NCBI RefSeq assembly: GCF_009914755.1
Contig: NC_060940.1
Source: the human T2T-CHM13v2.0 reference genome, Homo sapiens
Length of the DNA stretch: 64,000 nt
Direction: 5' to 3' (one strand)
The stretch's first letter is position 1, and every line of letters begins with the position of its first letter. Shown here piece after piece: positions 14,831 to 27,887 of the stretch. Under the pieces are notes generated by a model. That model did not search any database. It had not been told where the DNA came from and saw only the letters and a program-made list of their open reading frames with translations. The position numbers and the translations under genes are program-made.

Positions 14831-16139
14831 ACAATTTGTACAAGATAAAAAGCTACCTTTCTTCAACAGGAGATTTAGTTCTAGCCAAAATATTCTGTGT
14901 ATTCATTAACCTTCTGTTTTAAAGAAGACTAAACCAAGATTTGAAAATACTCAATTATCCTACCATTTAAAGATGACCCCTACTTGGCCTGTGATATTTG
15001 TCCTTCTGCTCTTTCTGTTAACACAGTGTGTGTGTGTGTCATGGGGCCCGCTGTTGCTCATACTCACACTGGCTCCAGGACTGGGACAGCCCTTCATGGG
15101 TGGCAATAGGTGGGGATGCTGACCTTCTGTTAGCCAGCTGTGCAGAAGATTCCAGCAGAGGAGATGGGAACCAGGCTAACAGCCAATTGGCTCCTTGAGA
15201 TCTTGTTGTGTGCCGTGTCTTGGGTATGTGTGCTACTGAATTGGAGCATTTCTAACGTTTGTGGTGATGATCTCATTAAATACAATAGAATATATCTGTG
15301 AATGTTCTCTGCCCTTGAGCAGGGGCTGAGGAATACCCCATCACTTAAGACCAAAGGCCTGGCAACTTCTTCTGTATGTTTCATATTAATGACCACACCA
15401 AAGTCCACTGTACAATGAACCTACTCAAACTCTGGGTCAGCTGACCATTGAGACCATTCTATTGTGGTATACAGTGCTGGAGATCTTTATAGGCCAACAT
15501 ACTTCACATATATACATAGATGCTAAGGACTCTGTGACATGGTGACAAGTTACACCAGGGCCATGTGATAACTTCAGACTAGCAGCCCACAGCATCACCC
15601 TTCCACCCATTCCCGAGTTCATCTATGCCATTTCCACTTAGGAGAACAAAAGCCTGAAAAATTCATCTCTACATCATCTCCACGTGAGGACTGGGCATAT
15701 CAAACTTAACCTCCAGCTACAGCTGTCATGAGGAATGAATGGGTTGATTTTTGGAAAACGCAGTGGTGATGAAATGTTGTTTTTAGAATATCAATCTTTG
15801 TGTTGTGCTTTGCACTTGGGAACATCTTTTCTGGCGAAAAGCACACAAACTCACAGAGACATTCACAATCACTCCACATTGACTCATTCCTCCATACCTC
15901 CCAATCCTAATGCACAGCACCTTCTTCTATACAAATGGCACAGTTCCTTCCAGGCACTAGAGTCAACGGTCACATTTCTTGACCGGGTTCTTCACTTTTG
16001 AAGACAAAAGTGCATGAACCACATTTCTGGCAGGAAGTTCAAACCAGAGTGGCTCTCCAGAAAAAATGAGGCAAGAAAGTGTCACCTTTGTCAACACTAG
16101 AAATTTTCCTCAGCATAGGGGTGATCCCAGAATATGTAC

Positions 16140-16164
16140 TGTTTGTCTCTGTGGCTTTGTCCAC
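16140..16164 (-). CDS. FAM153: FAM153-like exon 4 (25 nt): VDKATETN
   Basis: tgcag|GTGGAC...AACA|gtacat; phase 0 to 1. Confidence 0.75.
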
Positions 16165-16227
16165 CTGCATTTAGAGAAAAACAAAACACTATAAGGGTCA
16201 GACCATGCTGTGTCCTGTGTGCACAGG

Positions 16228-16440
16228 TTTTTATTTCTCTCTCTCTCTCTCTTTCTTTGCTGGAATCTCGCTCTGTCCCTCAGGCTGGAGTACAGAGTCA
16301 TGATCTTGGCTCACTGCAACATCCGCCTCCTAGGCTCAAGCGATCCTGCTCGCTCTCTCTCCCCAGTAGCTGAGATCACAGTTGCTGGTCAGCATGCCTG
16401 CCTAATTTTTATATTTTTAGTAGAGATGGTGTTTCACCAT
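16228..16440 (-). mobile_element. 5'-truncated Alu with a (CT)n-converted tail
   Basis: Reverse Alu right arm plus part of the left arm, ending 'gtttcaccat'. Confidence 0.85.
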
Positions 16441-16839
16441 ACAGACCTTTTCTTTACTTGGTGACATTACAAAAACAGATGGGAGACAGTGGTTGAGGCG
16501 ATGGTCCCAAAATAAAGCCTAGAAGACATTTCTGGAAAGGCACTAGGTTTTTATGCAAGACTTCCAAGATTCTTCTGGTTGTATAGTCAAAATGTTATAA
16601 GAAGAAAGCTTTTCCCCTAAAAAAATTCTTTCTGCCATACAGTTCATAACTGAAGGTGCCATCTAAGAATACCATCTGAGATCATTTCTTACCTGGTAAT
16701 GAACCCTCACATTTTCCCACCAAAAAATTCTGTAAGTCATCTATAATGTACATGGTAAGATTTTCATATCTCAATTCAAATAAAATAAAAAACCAAGAGC
16801 AACAAAATTTCCATCTTAGAAACATAAAGAAGAACTTAC

Positions 16840-16898
16840 CATGTGAACGCCTGGGACATCCTCAGAAGAAGTTTCCTGTGCCACGTGCTCATCGTGAT
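16840..16898 (-). CDS. FAM153: FAM153-like exon 3 (59 nt): (D)HDEHVAQETSSEDVPGVHM
   Basis: ttcctag|...|gtaagt. Also visible at the end of ORF 16816..17061. Confidence 0.85.
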
Positions 16899-17454
16899 CT
16901 AGGAAACACAGAGTAACTGTCAGCATATTGGTTCCACTGAAGGAATCCCTTAGGCAAACTTGGGTGCTGGGGGCAGGGGGCTGGTGTGTGTAAAGGAGGT
17001 GGGTTAAGGGCAGAAACTTGGCTGCCACTGGGACACCATCCTGGGTGATGAGGGAAGGCAAATGAGACCATCAGGAAAGGCACAGAAGTTAGGGCCTGGT
17101 TCTCTGGCTAAGCAACCCTCACCGCTACAAAATAGGCAGAGTTCACACAGGGCAGCATACAAATGCACAGCTGATTTCATGACAGTGTCCCATCACCCCC
17201 TTGTGCATTTTGAGGCCTGGTAAATTTCCTTTTTTTGTTGTTGAAATGTTATAATGTCATTTATCTTTTCTGGATCTACATATGCTCCTCCTGCACTTAT
17301 CATCCATTTTATTGGCTTTAAAATCAATATTGTGGCCAAAATACATCATATTTATTATTTTAATAATCAAGTGCACACTTCAGGGGCATCAGTGCCCTTC
17401 CCAATTCTGTGCAGTAAACTAAACATAATCCAAATCCAGTTGTCTTACTTTCCA

Positions 17455-18790
17455 CCTTAGGAAACTAGACAAAAAAAGTGTAGTGAATTGTAAACCAGGC
17501 AATCCCCCTCCCCAAAAATATAAGAATATTTGCAGAAATCAATGTAATACAAATAATAAACAAAGAAACTTAACAAAACCAAAAGCTGCTTCTTAGAAAA
17601 GATCAATAGAATTGGTAAACCTCCAGCCAGGCTAATCACAAAGAAACAACACAATGTACAAATAATATGAATAGAAGAGGAATTATCCCTGCTGATCCCA
17701 TGAACACTAAGAAAATAATAACAGAATACTTTCAACAAATTTATGCCTGCAATTTTTTAAGTGCAGGAGTGAAAGGTTATTGAAAAGTTTTAGAGTAGGA
17801 ATGACAGGAAGCACAGTAGCCTTTGACAAGAACCAAGCAGGAAACTTGTGAGATTCAAGTGTCTATGTCCACAAATTTCCTAGCTTAGATGAAATGGACA
17901 AATGCATTCAAAGGGAGAAATTATCATAACCACCCAAAGGAGAGATAGATAATCTGGGTAGGCCTCTATTATTATAGAATTTAATCAGTAAGTAATAACT
18001 TTAAAAAAACATGCCCACATAATTATACTGGTGAATTCTGCCTAACACAACAGAAAACATAGTCTTACCAGCAAGTGATCAAAATTCTATATATTTACCC
18101 AGCTATATTTAAAAATTATGTTCATGTTAAAATCTGCACAAGAATGTGGGCAACTTTATTCATAATTACCCAAATTGGAAGCAGCTGAGATGGTCTTCAG
18201 GAGGTGAGTGAGCCAACTAATACTGTTTGATGAAACCAATGGGCTATTGTTCACTGATAAGAGTTATTAAGCTGTTAAGCTTCAAAACAATACAAAAGAT
18301 CTCACATGTATATTGCTAAGTAAAATAAGTTAGTCATAAGTAGCTACATACTTTATGATTCCAACTCCATAAAATTCTGGAAAAGGAAACCTATAGAGGC
18401 AGTAAAATCATCCACAGTTGTCAGGAATCATCAGAAAAGGAGAGGAATTAGTAGGTGCAGCTCAGGTCATGTTTAGGATGTGAAATTATTCCATCAGGGT
18501 GACAAAGGACATTGTCAGTTTGTCAAAACCCAAAGACTGGACAACACAGAGTGAACCTTGATGCTAACCCTAGACTTCTGTTCAAAAGAATGTGTCACTA
18601 TTGGCTCAGTCACTGATGCTAACCTTGGACTTCTGTTCATAAGAATGTATCACTATTGGCTCGGTCATTGTTACAAGCGTTATCACACTCATGTAAGATG
18701 GGTTCACAAAAAAACACTGAGGAAGGTGGGTATATGGAAATTTTCAGTACCACTTCCTCCATTTTTAGGTTACTTCCAAACATTTTGAAG
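17455..18790 (+). mobile_element. Old L1M fragments (ORF2 piece ~17455-18050, L1MC-like 3' end ~18060-18790), with a short LTR-like insert at ~17755-17865
   Basis: 'aaaaccaaaagctgcttcttagaaaagatcaatagaattggtaaacc', 'ttagatgaaatggacaaat', 'gggtatatggaaattttcagtac'. Confidence 0.7.
18560..18669. repeat. 55-bp tandem duplication inside the L1MC 3' end
   Basis: 'gatgctaacc...gacttctgttca.aagaatgt.tcactattggctc.gtca' at 18560 and 18615. Confidence 0.85.
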
Positions 18791-19104
18791 TGATGTCCAT
18801 TGCTTTACAAATCTGGCAACACTGTCTCAGAAAAAGATCCTTCTTAGTTAATGTTTTAACAATCAGCAAAATATCTACAATTTGCACTGAGATGTTATTT
18901 ACTATTAAAAGTAAACCCAAACCTGGAATGGAAATACACCTTTACTCCTGTAGTTGTAGCACTAGTAATTGACTTAACACATTTACATATGTACACGATA
19001 TAAAGAATATAGCATTGCAATTTTATAATTGTCTGAAATATGAGACACTGAAGAATCTAGAAATCATATCATGAATGAACTGAATGACTGAATTTCCAAG
19101 ATAA

Positions 19105-19239
19105 CTTCTGTTGATGCAACTCTAGAGTGTACACAGCTGTGAAGCCAGTGATGGAGGATTCACTTCTTACACTTGTGGTGGCAGACGGTGGATTCCCCTG
19201 GCACCCCAGGATCCACTCTTTGATCTTCAACAGAATATG
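19105..19239 (-). pseudogene. FAM153: FAM153-like exon 2 (135 nt, phase 1-1): YSVEDQRVDPGVPGESTVCHHKCKK*ILHHWLHSCVHSRVASTE
   Basis: Acceptor tttcccag|. TGA at 19162-19160. The expected phase-1 donor reads G|ttatc, with no GT. Confidence 0.85.
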
Positions 19240-20555
19240 CTGGGAAATGAACTAAAATAAAGACAACTGTTGATATCTTGCTGCAAAAGATCAGAGAAAT
19301 GAGTAATTATTTATTCACAGCTTAAATGTTTGATCCCATTGTTCATCATCTGCAGAGCAAAGCCCCCTGAATCTGAGTTGGGCTTCAGAATGAACCTGCA
19401 CTATGGGTTGCACTTATAACTGTGCAGGCAAATGCCTGTATTGAGATGAGACATTACAGACAGGTAGTAGATTGGAGTGACCAAGAGCATATGGTCTGGT
19501 GCATAGGATCTGAGCTCAAGGACTTTTGAGAAGCTGCTAGAACCTGAGGAAGTTCTACAGACTCCACTGTGCCTCTAATCCCTAGTCTGAATGTGGAAAT
19601 GTTGATAATGGCCTACGTTATGTTAAAAGGGTAAAAATAGTTAAATGGACCTAAAGCCTTAAGATTGGTGCTTCCTAAGTACCATAAAGTGTTCAGTTAT
19701 TTCACATCTGGAAGAATAAGCCAGGCCCTTGGTAGTGATTAATAGAGAAGCCACTGGGAGACTCCAGGGCAGTGGAGGGTAAAATTAGCTTCATTCTTGA
19801 CATGGATCTCATGCTTTAGAACTCGTGAAAAAGTTCCATTCAAATTTCCTGTGATGCCCACATCACCCCAGAAAGATAGGCAGAGCAGGGGCTGCCACTC
19901 AAGAGTTGATGGTTCAGGGAAGTGAAATGAAGAGAATTGAAGCGACCTGCCTAGAGTCACAACACTGATGAATGATAGATCTGGGACAAGAATTTGGTTG
20001 GTTTTCTGGGGACAGAGATCCCTGAACATCTGAGGCCTCTAAATCATGGCCTGGACCCTGAACCTGGAGCTCTTTCCTCTCCCTTTCTCAATCCTCCTGC
20101 ACCAAGGGCCTTTCGGGAAGGTTGGTGTATTAAAGAGGTGGTGACTCCAGAAAAAACCTCAAATCATTTAACAAAACAAAACTCCTGTCTCTACATTTTA
20201 ACTCCAGTGCTAAAATGTGGCACTTTCCTGCAAATGAAGCCTCTCTGAGGAACAAATTCAAATGTCTGGTCATCCTACCCAGCACCCTGTATTGTCTGCT
20301 GTCTGGCAGTGAGCACTCCTCCATGATCAACTGACCACACCAAGGGACCAAGTTCTGCTTGGCCCCCAAGTTAATTTGGAATGTAGGACATTCCAAACTA
20401 ACTACCACTTGATGGCTGTGCCAAGAATCAACTTCCCTTCAACTGAAACATTCTGAACAAGCAATTAATGGGAATTAACTGAAAATGTGGCACCCCAGTT
20501 TGTTTTTCAGTGGTTTCTTCTGTATCTAGTCTATGAAAGAATGTGGGGGAAAAAT

Positions 20556-21140
<585 letters not shown>

Positions 21141-21368
21141 TGGCATTGGAAACAGTGCGTTTTTCTAGAAAAAAATCATTTGAGGCAAAAATCTTGATAG
21201 AAGAATTAAAAAATACAAATTGAGTAATAAAACTCTAAAACATATTTAGAAATCTGTGGACAAATAGGAGCTGGGAAAATAAAAAATAATCAGAATGACA
21301 TTTAACATACAGAAAAACTGGCACATCTGAAGAAATTGTGGTCAGAAGATGGAAATGAACATACATAC

Positions 21369-21399
21369 CTCTGAGGCAGCAACTACAAACATTTCCCAT
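21369..21399 (-). CDS. FAM153: FAM153-like coding exon 1: MGNVCSCCLR(G-)
   Basis: Kozak-like cacaATGG and donor G|gtatg. Resembles FAM153B MGCAYSCCLE. Confidence 0.8.
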
Positions 21400-22277
21400 T
21401 GTGAATCCTCTGAGACAACTAAGCTGTGTTTACTGCCAAAGTTCAGTTGCCAGAGTGGCAGTTAAAATGAAAGGCAAGACCTACATCATCAGATCATGTC
21501 AGTGACATGTCACAGTAGAATTTTCACAAGCATACATGTCACAATATGGGGCCCAACTGCTGTGATCCTGACCAACCCATTGTCACATCAACAAGGGGTC
21601 ACTCAGACTCCATGTTTCATTTCAAAAACTGAATCCCAGACACAGAGTATTATTCTGTGTGTATGAAACAAATATTACAGGAGGAAAAGGATCTGCCTCT
21701 CAAATATATTTGATAGTGAAAATTTAAGGGTAAAGATAAGAAAAGCCAATACATTGAGAATAAAGGGAGATTCCAGGCTGGATGTGAAATGCCATCCCCA
21801 CTCATTTCTACAATTTCTGAGTCAACAGAGAGTCCTAGCTTCAACGATTCTAAACTAGTTCCAAATTAAATTTAAAATGTATTAATATAAGTTCAATTTT
21901 AAAGCCTATCTCTTAGAATATAATTCACAGTAATCAAAACAGATATGAAATGATTCAGTATAACTTTCCATCACTGTTGATTCATTACAAGTTTTAAGAA
22001 CGATTAAATCAAATGGGTCATTACTGAGGCATAAAAACTGCATTAATATAGATGCTGCAATTTTTTTCAGGGATTATCTAATTGAAGGGGTGGTTAACAG
22101 GATTTGGGAAGAAACACATATTACCTGTGTCAATGGAGAATTTTAATTGTCAACAACAGAATAGAAAATTGGGCAGGTGTGCACATATAAATATACACAT
22201 ATATGAGAGAGAGAAAACTCAATTAAAAAATACTAGACAACAGATATATATCTCTTAATGCCAAATTCGGAAAGACT

Positions 22278-22577
22278 TTTTTTTTTTTTTTTTTGAGATG
22301 GAGTCTCACTCTGTTGACCAGGCTGGAGTGCAGTAGTGCAATCTCAACTCACTGCAACCTCCACCTCCCAGGATTCATGCCATTCTCCTACCTCAGCCTC
22401 CCAAGTAGCTGGGACTACAGGTGTCTACCACCACGTGCAGCTAATTTTTTTTTTATTTTTAGTAGAGACAGGGTTTCACCGTGTTATCCAGGATGGTCTC
22501 CATCTCCTGACCTCGTGATCCACCGCCTCGGTCTCCCAAAGTGTTGGGATTACAGGCATGAGCCACTGTGCCTGGCC
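22278..22577 (-). mobile_element. Alu (AluY-like)
   Basis: 'ttcatgccattctcc', 'caccgtgtta.ccaggatggtctc', 'gacctcgtgatcc'. TSD-like 'ggaaa(a)gac'. Confidence 0.9.
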
Positions 22578-23699
22578 CCTGGAAAAGACATTTTTAAAAA
22601 CAGAATATGTTAGGAAGAATAAAAGGGAATGAGCATAAGGCTTTCCTTCCTGGTGCCACCTAAGTGATCACAGTGAAGGAAAATAATTGAGTCTTTTACA
22701 CTGGTAGCCAAAGCCCTTTTATAAGGCTTTGCCATGCTGTCAGTGCTATATGATTGTTCAATTAATAAATCTGGAAAGATGTGCAGAAACTTAACAGTTG
22801 TTACTTCCAGAGGCAGAAGCTGGCAGGCTGCAGAAGAGGAAAAGACAAGTCCAGATTTCAGTGTCCACTCTTCTGTACCTTGTGAATATCCTACAAGTGT
22901 GTTATTCCTGATATCTTTACTGTGATTATTTTTAAATAAAAAAAACTAATACCCCCAAATGCTAGTAGAAGACAAACATTTCAATTTGCTTTACAGGGAC
23001 AAGAATTCAGGAAAGACACAGAAAAGTTAGCTTATTGGTCCTTGTTGATGTCTGGAGACTGCAGAGAAGTCTTATGGAATGGGATTGAATCCACAGCAGG
23101 GGGTTGGAATCATCTGGATATGCCATCATGCACAGGTCTGCAGAGGAACTTGGCCTTGGCTGGAGAACTTACACGACCACCACCCACACTTCCACACCTG
23201 CTCAGCCCAGCTGCAGCAGCTTGGCCAAGATAATGGGTGCTCCTGCTCAAATGAGATTTCCCAGCTTTTGCGGAGTTCATCACCAGCCTTGCTAGCAGCT
23301 ACTTCCTACTTCTATGCAAAGGAAACTGCCAACGAGGTTACAATTTCTTTTTTCCTAGAGTGAGGCCTGGCTGGAAGAGGACAGGCCAACCTAGTGGCCT
23401 GTGAATGACCTTGTGAAGGTCGCCAGGACCCCTTGGCTGCAGGGCTCCAGAGCCCACCGCTGGCCGAATACATCATGCACTGGCCCTAGCCTGGGATGAT
23501 GAGGCCAAGGCATTACCAGCTTTGACCCTGGTGCCTCTTGCCTGGGCAACTGACCCCTGTGCACTCAGCAAGGCACATGCTAATTTAATCCAATCTGTCA
23601 GCCCAGGTACCTGGAGCTGAAATGGCCTGCCCACTTTTGCCCCACCCCAGCTCCTTCTCAACATTAACCTGGAGAGTCTGTTGTGCGTTCTTCGAGAGT

Positions 23700-23870
23700 G
23701 GGCCTGCTCCAGGTGCTTCACCCACATCATGTACTTCATCAAAACCACTGTCAGAGGTAGGGCCTGTTAGGATCCCTGTCTCACAGAGGAGGAAACTGAG
23801 GCAGAGACAGGTAGGTACCCCAACTGAGGATACAGAGAAAAAGCTAGGATGGAACCTGGTGGCAGGCCCG
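23700..23870 (-). mobile_element. MIR fragment
   Basis: MIR core 'cacagaggaggaaactgaggcagaga'. Confidence 0.55.
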
Positions 23871-24894
23871 GCCTTCTCCACCCAGTGACAGACATGCAGA
23901 GAAGCCAGGGCACCTTGAGCTGCCATCCCTGTGCCACTTACCCATCTTCTTGCAGCCTAGGCCAAAAACATCCCCATAAATAACCATCCACAGCTGCCCT
24001 CAGCCTCCTCTAGAAGGCTGGTGCCCCAGAAGCTTCCTCACAAGCTCTTCTATATTTCAGTGACATGCGGGTGGCTGAGGAGCCCTGAAACCAGGTGAAG
24101 GTCTAGGAAGGTGAGATGGGGGATTTAGCTCAGGCAGTGCCCTCTGGCCGTGGCAGGCACTGCAATGGGCACCTGCTTGAGAGGAACATCTGATATGGTT
24201 TCCCCAATGCCCGACGCTCCGGGCCTCACACTCATCCTTGCTGGACATAGAGAACTAACTGAGCTTCGAGGGGTCCTTCCCTTAGCCCTGCCAGGTCCTG
24301 GTGCCACCAAACACTTAAGAATGTGGATGTGACAAAGTTAATTAAAGAGCTGAGTGCCTGTGCACACCAGTGACATGGAACTTACAGCTGGGGATGGGTC
24401 AGTGCAGCCCTGGTGGAGCAGCTGGCCCATGGGGCACCCCCTGCAGTGACAGTATCAGATGTGTCTCCACCTTCCCAGGGTAGACCATGAGAAGGCTCTC
24501 AGAGGAGCCTTCTCAGGGCTCCTCTGAGACCCATTGCAGCTCTGGGGCAGAAAGGGGTCTGGATATATCATCATCACAGGCTGAGGGGAGCAATGGGGAT
24601 GAAGTGGCAGTCAAGGTCCCAGGTGGGGCTGACTTGGACTCTGGAGCAGAGTCCAAGGGGAGCTTGGGAAGTGAGCACAGAAAAGGCCTGAGGGTCTGTT
24701 GGGGTGGAGGGTGAAAAGAAGAGATCTGGAAACCTTAGAGCAGGTTCCAGCCCAGCACAGACTGAAGGGCACACAAGCCCAGGGCACAGCCAGGCAGCCC
24801 AGTGCTTGTGCACGAGTCACCTGCATCTGGACACTGCTATCCAACCTCAGGAACCTCAATTTCAACAAACCTCAACTTCAAGAGCAAAAACTTG

Positions 24895-27829
24895 GCATAG
24901 CTGGTCTGGGCCCAGTGAGATCAAATGTGAACATCTGGCCTAGGGCCAAGGAAGATAGCTGTGAACACCTGTGCAGTGACCAAGGAGGATGGCTGTGGAC
25001 ACCTGGGCTAGGCCCAAAAGTACAGCTTGGAATAACTGGGATGGACCCAGAATATAGGGCTATGAACAACTGGGCTGACCCCAACGTGGACAGCTAGAAA
25101 CCGCTGGTGTGTGCTCAGGAGTTTTGTTCATTTTGGCTGAGCTGAAGAAGGACAGCTGTGAACGTCTGCACCAGGCCTAATTAAGACAACGGTGAACAGA
25201 CGGGCTGTCCCCATTGAGGACGTCTGTGAAGCCCTTGCCTGGGACCACGGAAACTGCTGGAAACAACTGGCAGAAGTCCTGTGACAAAAGCCATGAACAC
25301 CAAGGTTAAGCTCAAAGGGGACAGGTGTGGACCCCTGGGCTGGGCCCAGTGTGGATGGTTGTCAATACCTGGGATGGCCTCTATGAGGGTGGCTGGCCCC
25401 AATTAGCACACATGTCATCAAACCGGCTGGCCTTGATGAGGATGGCTAGGGACATAGGGCTGGCTGTCACATGGATGACAGAGACCTCCTTGGCTGGCTT
25501 AGATGAGGACCACTGTGAACACTGGTGCAGGCCTGGATGAAGACAGCTGGGAAGTTCTGGGCTGGAAACAATGAAGACAGCTATGAACAGGTGGCCTGGG
25601 GCCAGGGCAAATGGTCTTAATCTTGGACTTAATGTTACTGAAGGGAACCGTGAACTCCTGGGCTTGCCTTGATATTGACAGCCATCAAAAACTGTTGCTA
25701 TAATAAACTGAGTTCATACAAACGAGAAAGGCTGTGAACCCCTGGGCTGACATTGATGGTGTGGCTGTGAACACCTGGCCTGGGCCCAGTGAGGACAGCT
25801 ATGAAGAGCTAGGCAGGACCCAGCAAGGTCAGCATTGAACTCCTGGGCTGGCCCAATGAGGATGTCTGTGAACACTGGTCTGGGCCCACTGAGGACAAGG
25901 ACTAACACCTAGGCTAGCTACCAATGAGGACAGCTGTGAACACCTTGGCTGGGCCCTCTAAGGACAGCTTGGAGTGTTTGGGCTCAGCCCAAAGTAAACA
26001 GCTGTGAAGCCCTGAGCTGAGCCCAGTGAGGGTGGCTGCAGAAACCTGGGCTGGGCCAGTAAGGACAGCTGTGAACACCTGGCCTGGCTCCAACGAGAAC
26101 AGCTGAGAACACTTGGGCTAAGCCAATAAGGACAGCTGTGGCACCAGGGACGACTGTCCTGAAGACAGCTGTCAAGATCGTGGCTGGTCACCTTGAGCAC
26201 AGCTATGAATGTCTAGGCTGGACCCAATGAACACAGACAAAAACACCTGCCCTGGTTTCAGTGAGAGCCACTGTGAGCACTTGGGCCTGCCCCCATGAGG
26301 ATTCCTATGAACAGCTGGCTGGGCCCAAGATGAATGGCTCTCGACACTTAAACTCAGCCCAAGAAAGACACTGTGAACAACTGGGTTAATCCCACTGATG
26401 ACGACTATTAACACCTGGGCTGGGCCCAAGTGAGGGCGACTTCGGCTGGACCCAGAAAAAATGGCTGTGAACACCTTGGCTTTGCCTGATGAAGATGGCT
26501 ATGAGCACATGGCCTGGGCCTAATGAGGAAAGCTGTGAACACTTGTGCTAGCCAAAGTGAGGAAAGCTGGGAAAACCCGGGCTGGGCCCAGTAAAAACAG
26601 CAGTGAACAACCAGGCTGGACTCAGGAGGACAGCTTTGAAACTGATCATGATGAAGATGGCTGTGAATGCCTGGGCTGGCCCAGATGAGGAGCACTATTA
26701 ACTCCTGGGCTCGCCCCCAATTAGAACAGCCATGAACACCTGGTCTTGCTCATGTAATGATTGCAAGGAACAACTGGGCTTAGCCAATAAGGACAGCTGT
26801 GAACCCCTGCACTGAGACAAATGAGACTGGCTGGGAACACCTCAGCTGGCCCCAGTGAGGACGGCTATGGATACCTGAGCTGTGCTCCATGGGGATGGCA
26901 ATGTACACCAATGTTTGGCCAAGTGACAGTTCTGAGAAACCTGGCTGACACCAGTGAAGACCACTGTGAAAGCATGGGCTGCTCCCAGTTAAGACAGCTT
27001 TTGCAGACCTGGTCTGGGACCAGTCAGATCGAGTGTCAACATCTGGCCTGGGGCCAAGGAGGATAGCTCTGAACACCTGTGCTGGACCAATGAGGATGGC
27101 TGTAGACACCTGGGCTGGGCCCAAGGAAACCGCTTGGAATAACTGCGATTCACCCAGAATGTATGGCTACCAACACCTGGGCTGACCCCAATGCAGAAAG
27201 CTGTAAATACCTGGCGTGGGCTCAGGAGAACAGCCTTGTTCATTTTGGCTGAGCCCTGTGAGGCAGCTATGGGCATCTGCACTTGGCTTAATTAAGACAA
27301 CGGTGAACATCTGGGCTGTCCCCATTGAGGACACCTGTCAACACTTGGCCTGGGACCATGGGAATTGCTCAGAACACCTGTATTAAGTCCAATGAGGAAA
27401 ACTATGAACACCCAGGCTATGCCCACTGAGGACAGCTGTGGACACATGGGCTGGCTTTAGTGAGGATGGCTGTAAATACCTGGGATGGCCTCTATGAAGG
27501 TGGATGGCCCCAATAAGCATGAGTGTGAATTAACTGGCTGGCCTCGTTGAGGACGGCTATGGACATCTGGGCTGGCTCTCATGTGGATGAGAAGAGAACA
27601 ACTTGGCTGGCTTAGATGAGGACCACTGTGAACACCTTTGCAGGCCTGGATGAAGACAGCTTTGAAGCTCTGAGCTGGGCACAATGAAGACACATATGAA
27701 CAGGTCATCTAGGGCCAATGAAAATGGCTCTCAAATCCTGGGCTTGATGACATTAAGGAAAATTGCAAATACCTGCACTAGCTTTGCTTTTGATTGCTAT
27801 GAAAAACTTAGCTCATGCAAATGAGGACA
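24895..27829. repeat. Diverged 34-bp GC-rich satellite array (~86 monomers); approximate consensus GCTGTGAACACCTGGGCTGGGCCCA(A/G)TGAGGACA
   Basis: Periodicity counted directly, e.g. gctgtgaacacctggcctgggcccagtgaggaca then gctatgaagagctaggcaggacccagcaaggtca from 25764. Confidence 0.9.
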
Positions 27830-27887
27830 TACAGTTGTGAGCCACTGTGCCCCGCCCTGCTTTGTATTATTAAAACACATGCCAAAT

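Larger units (their letters stand above)
11330..17150. repeat. Intragenic tandem duplication, ~2.2-2.6 kb unit, about 2.4 copies
   Basis: Anchor 'cagacca(t/g)gctgtgtcct(g/t)tgtgcaca' at about 11425, 13640 and 16199. Anchor 'aaaccaagatttgaaaatactcaattatcctaccatttaaagatgac' at about 12376 and 14931. Confidence 0.85.

Noticed and set aside
23545-23590. Short resemblance to U6 snRNA (catgctaat)
   Set aside because: The match is under 10 nt and the flanks do not align.
24895-27829. CRISPR-like appearance of the ~34-bp periodic repeats
   Set aside because: Head-to-tail diverged monomers with no unique spacers, no cas genes, and a primate genomic context.
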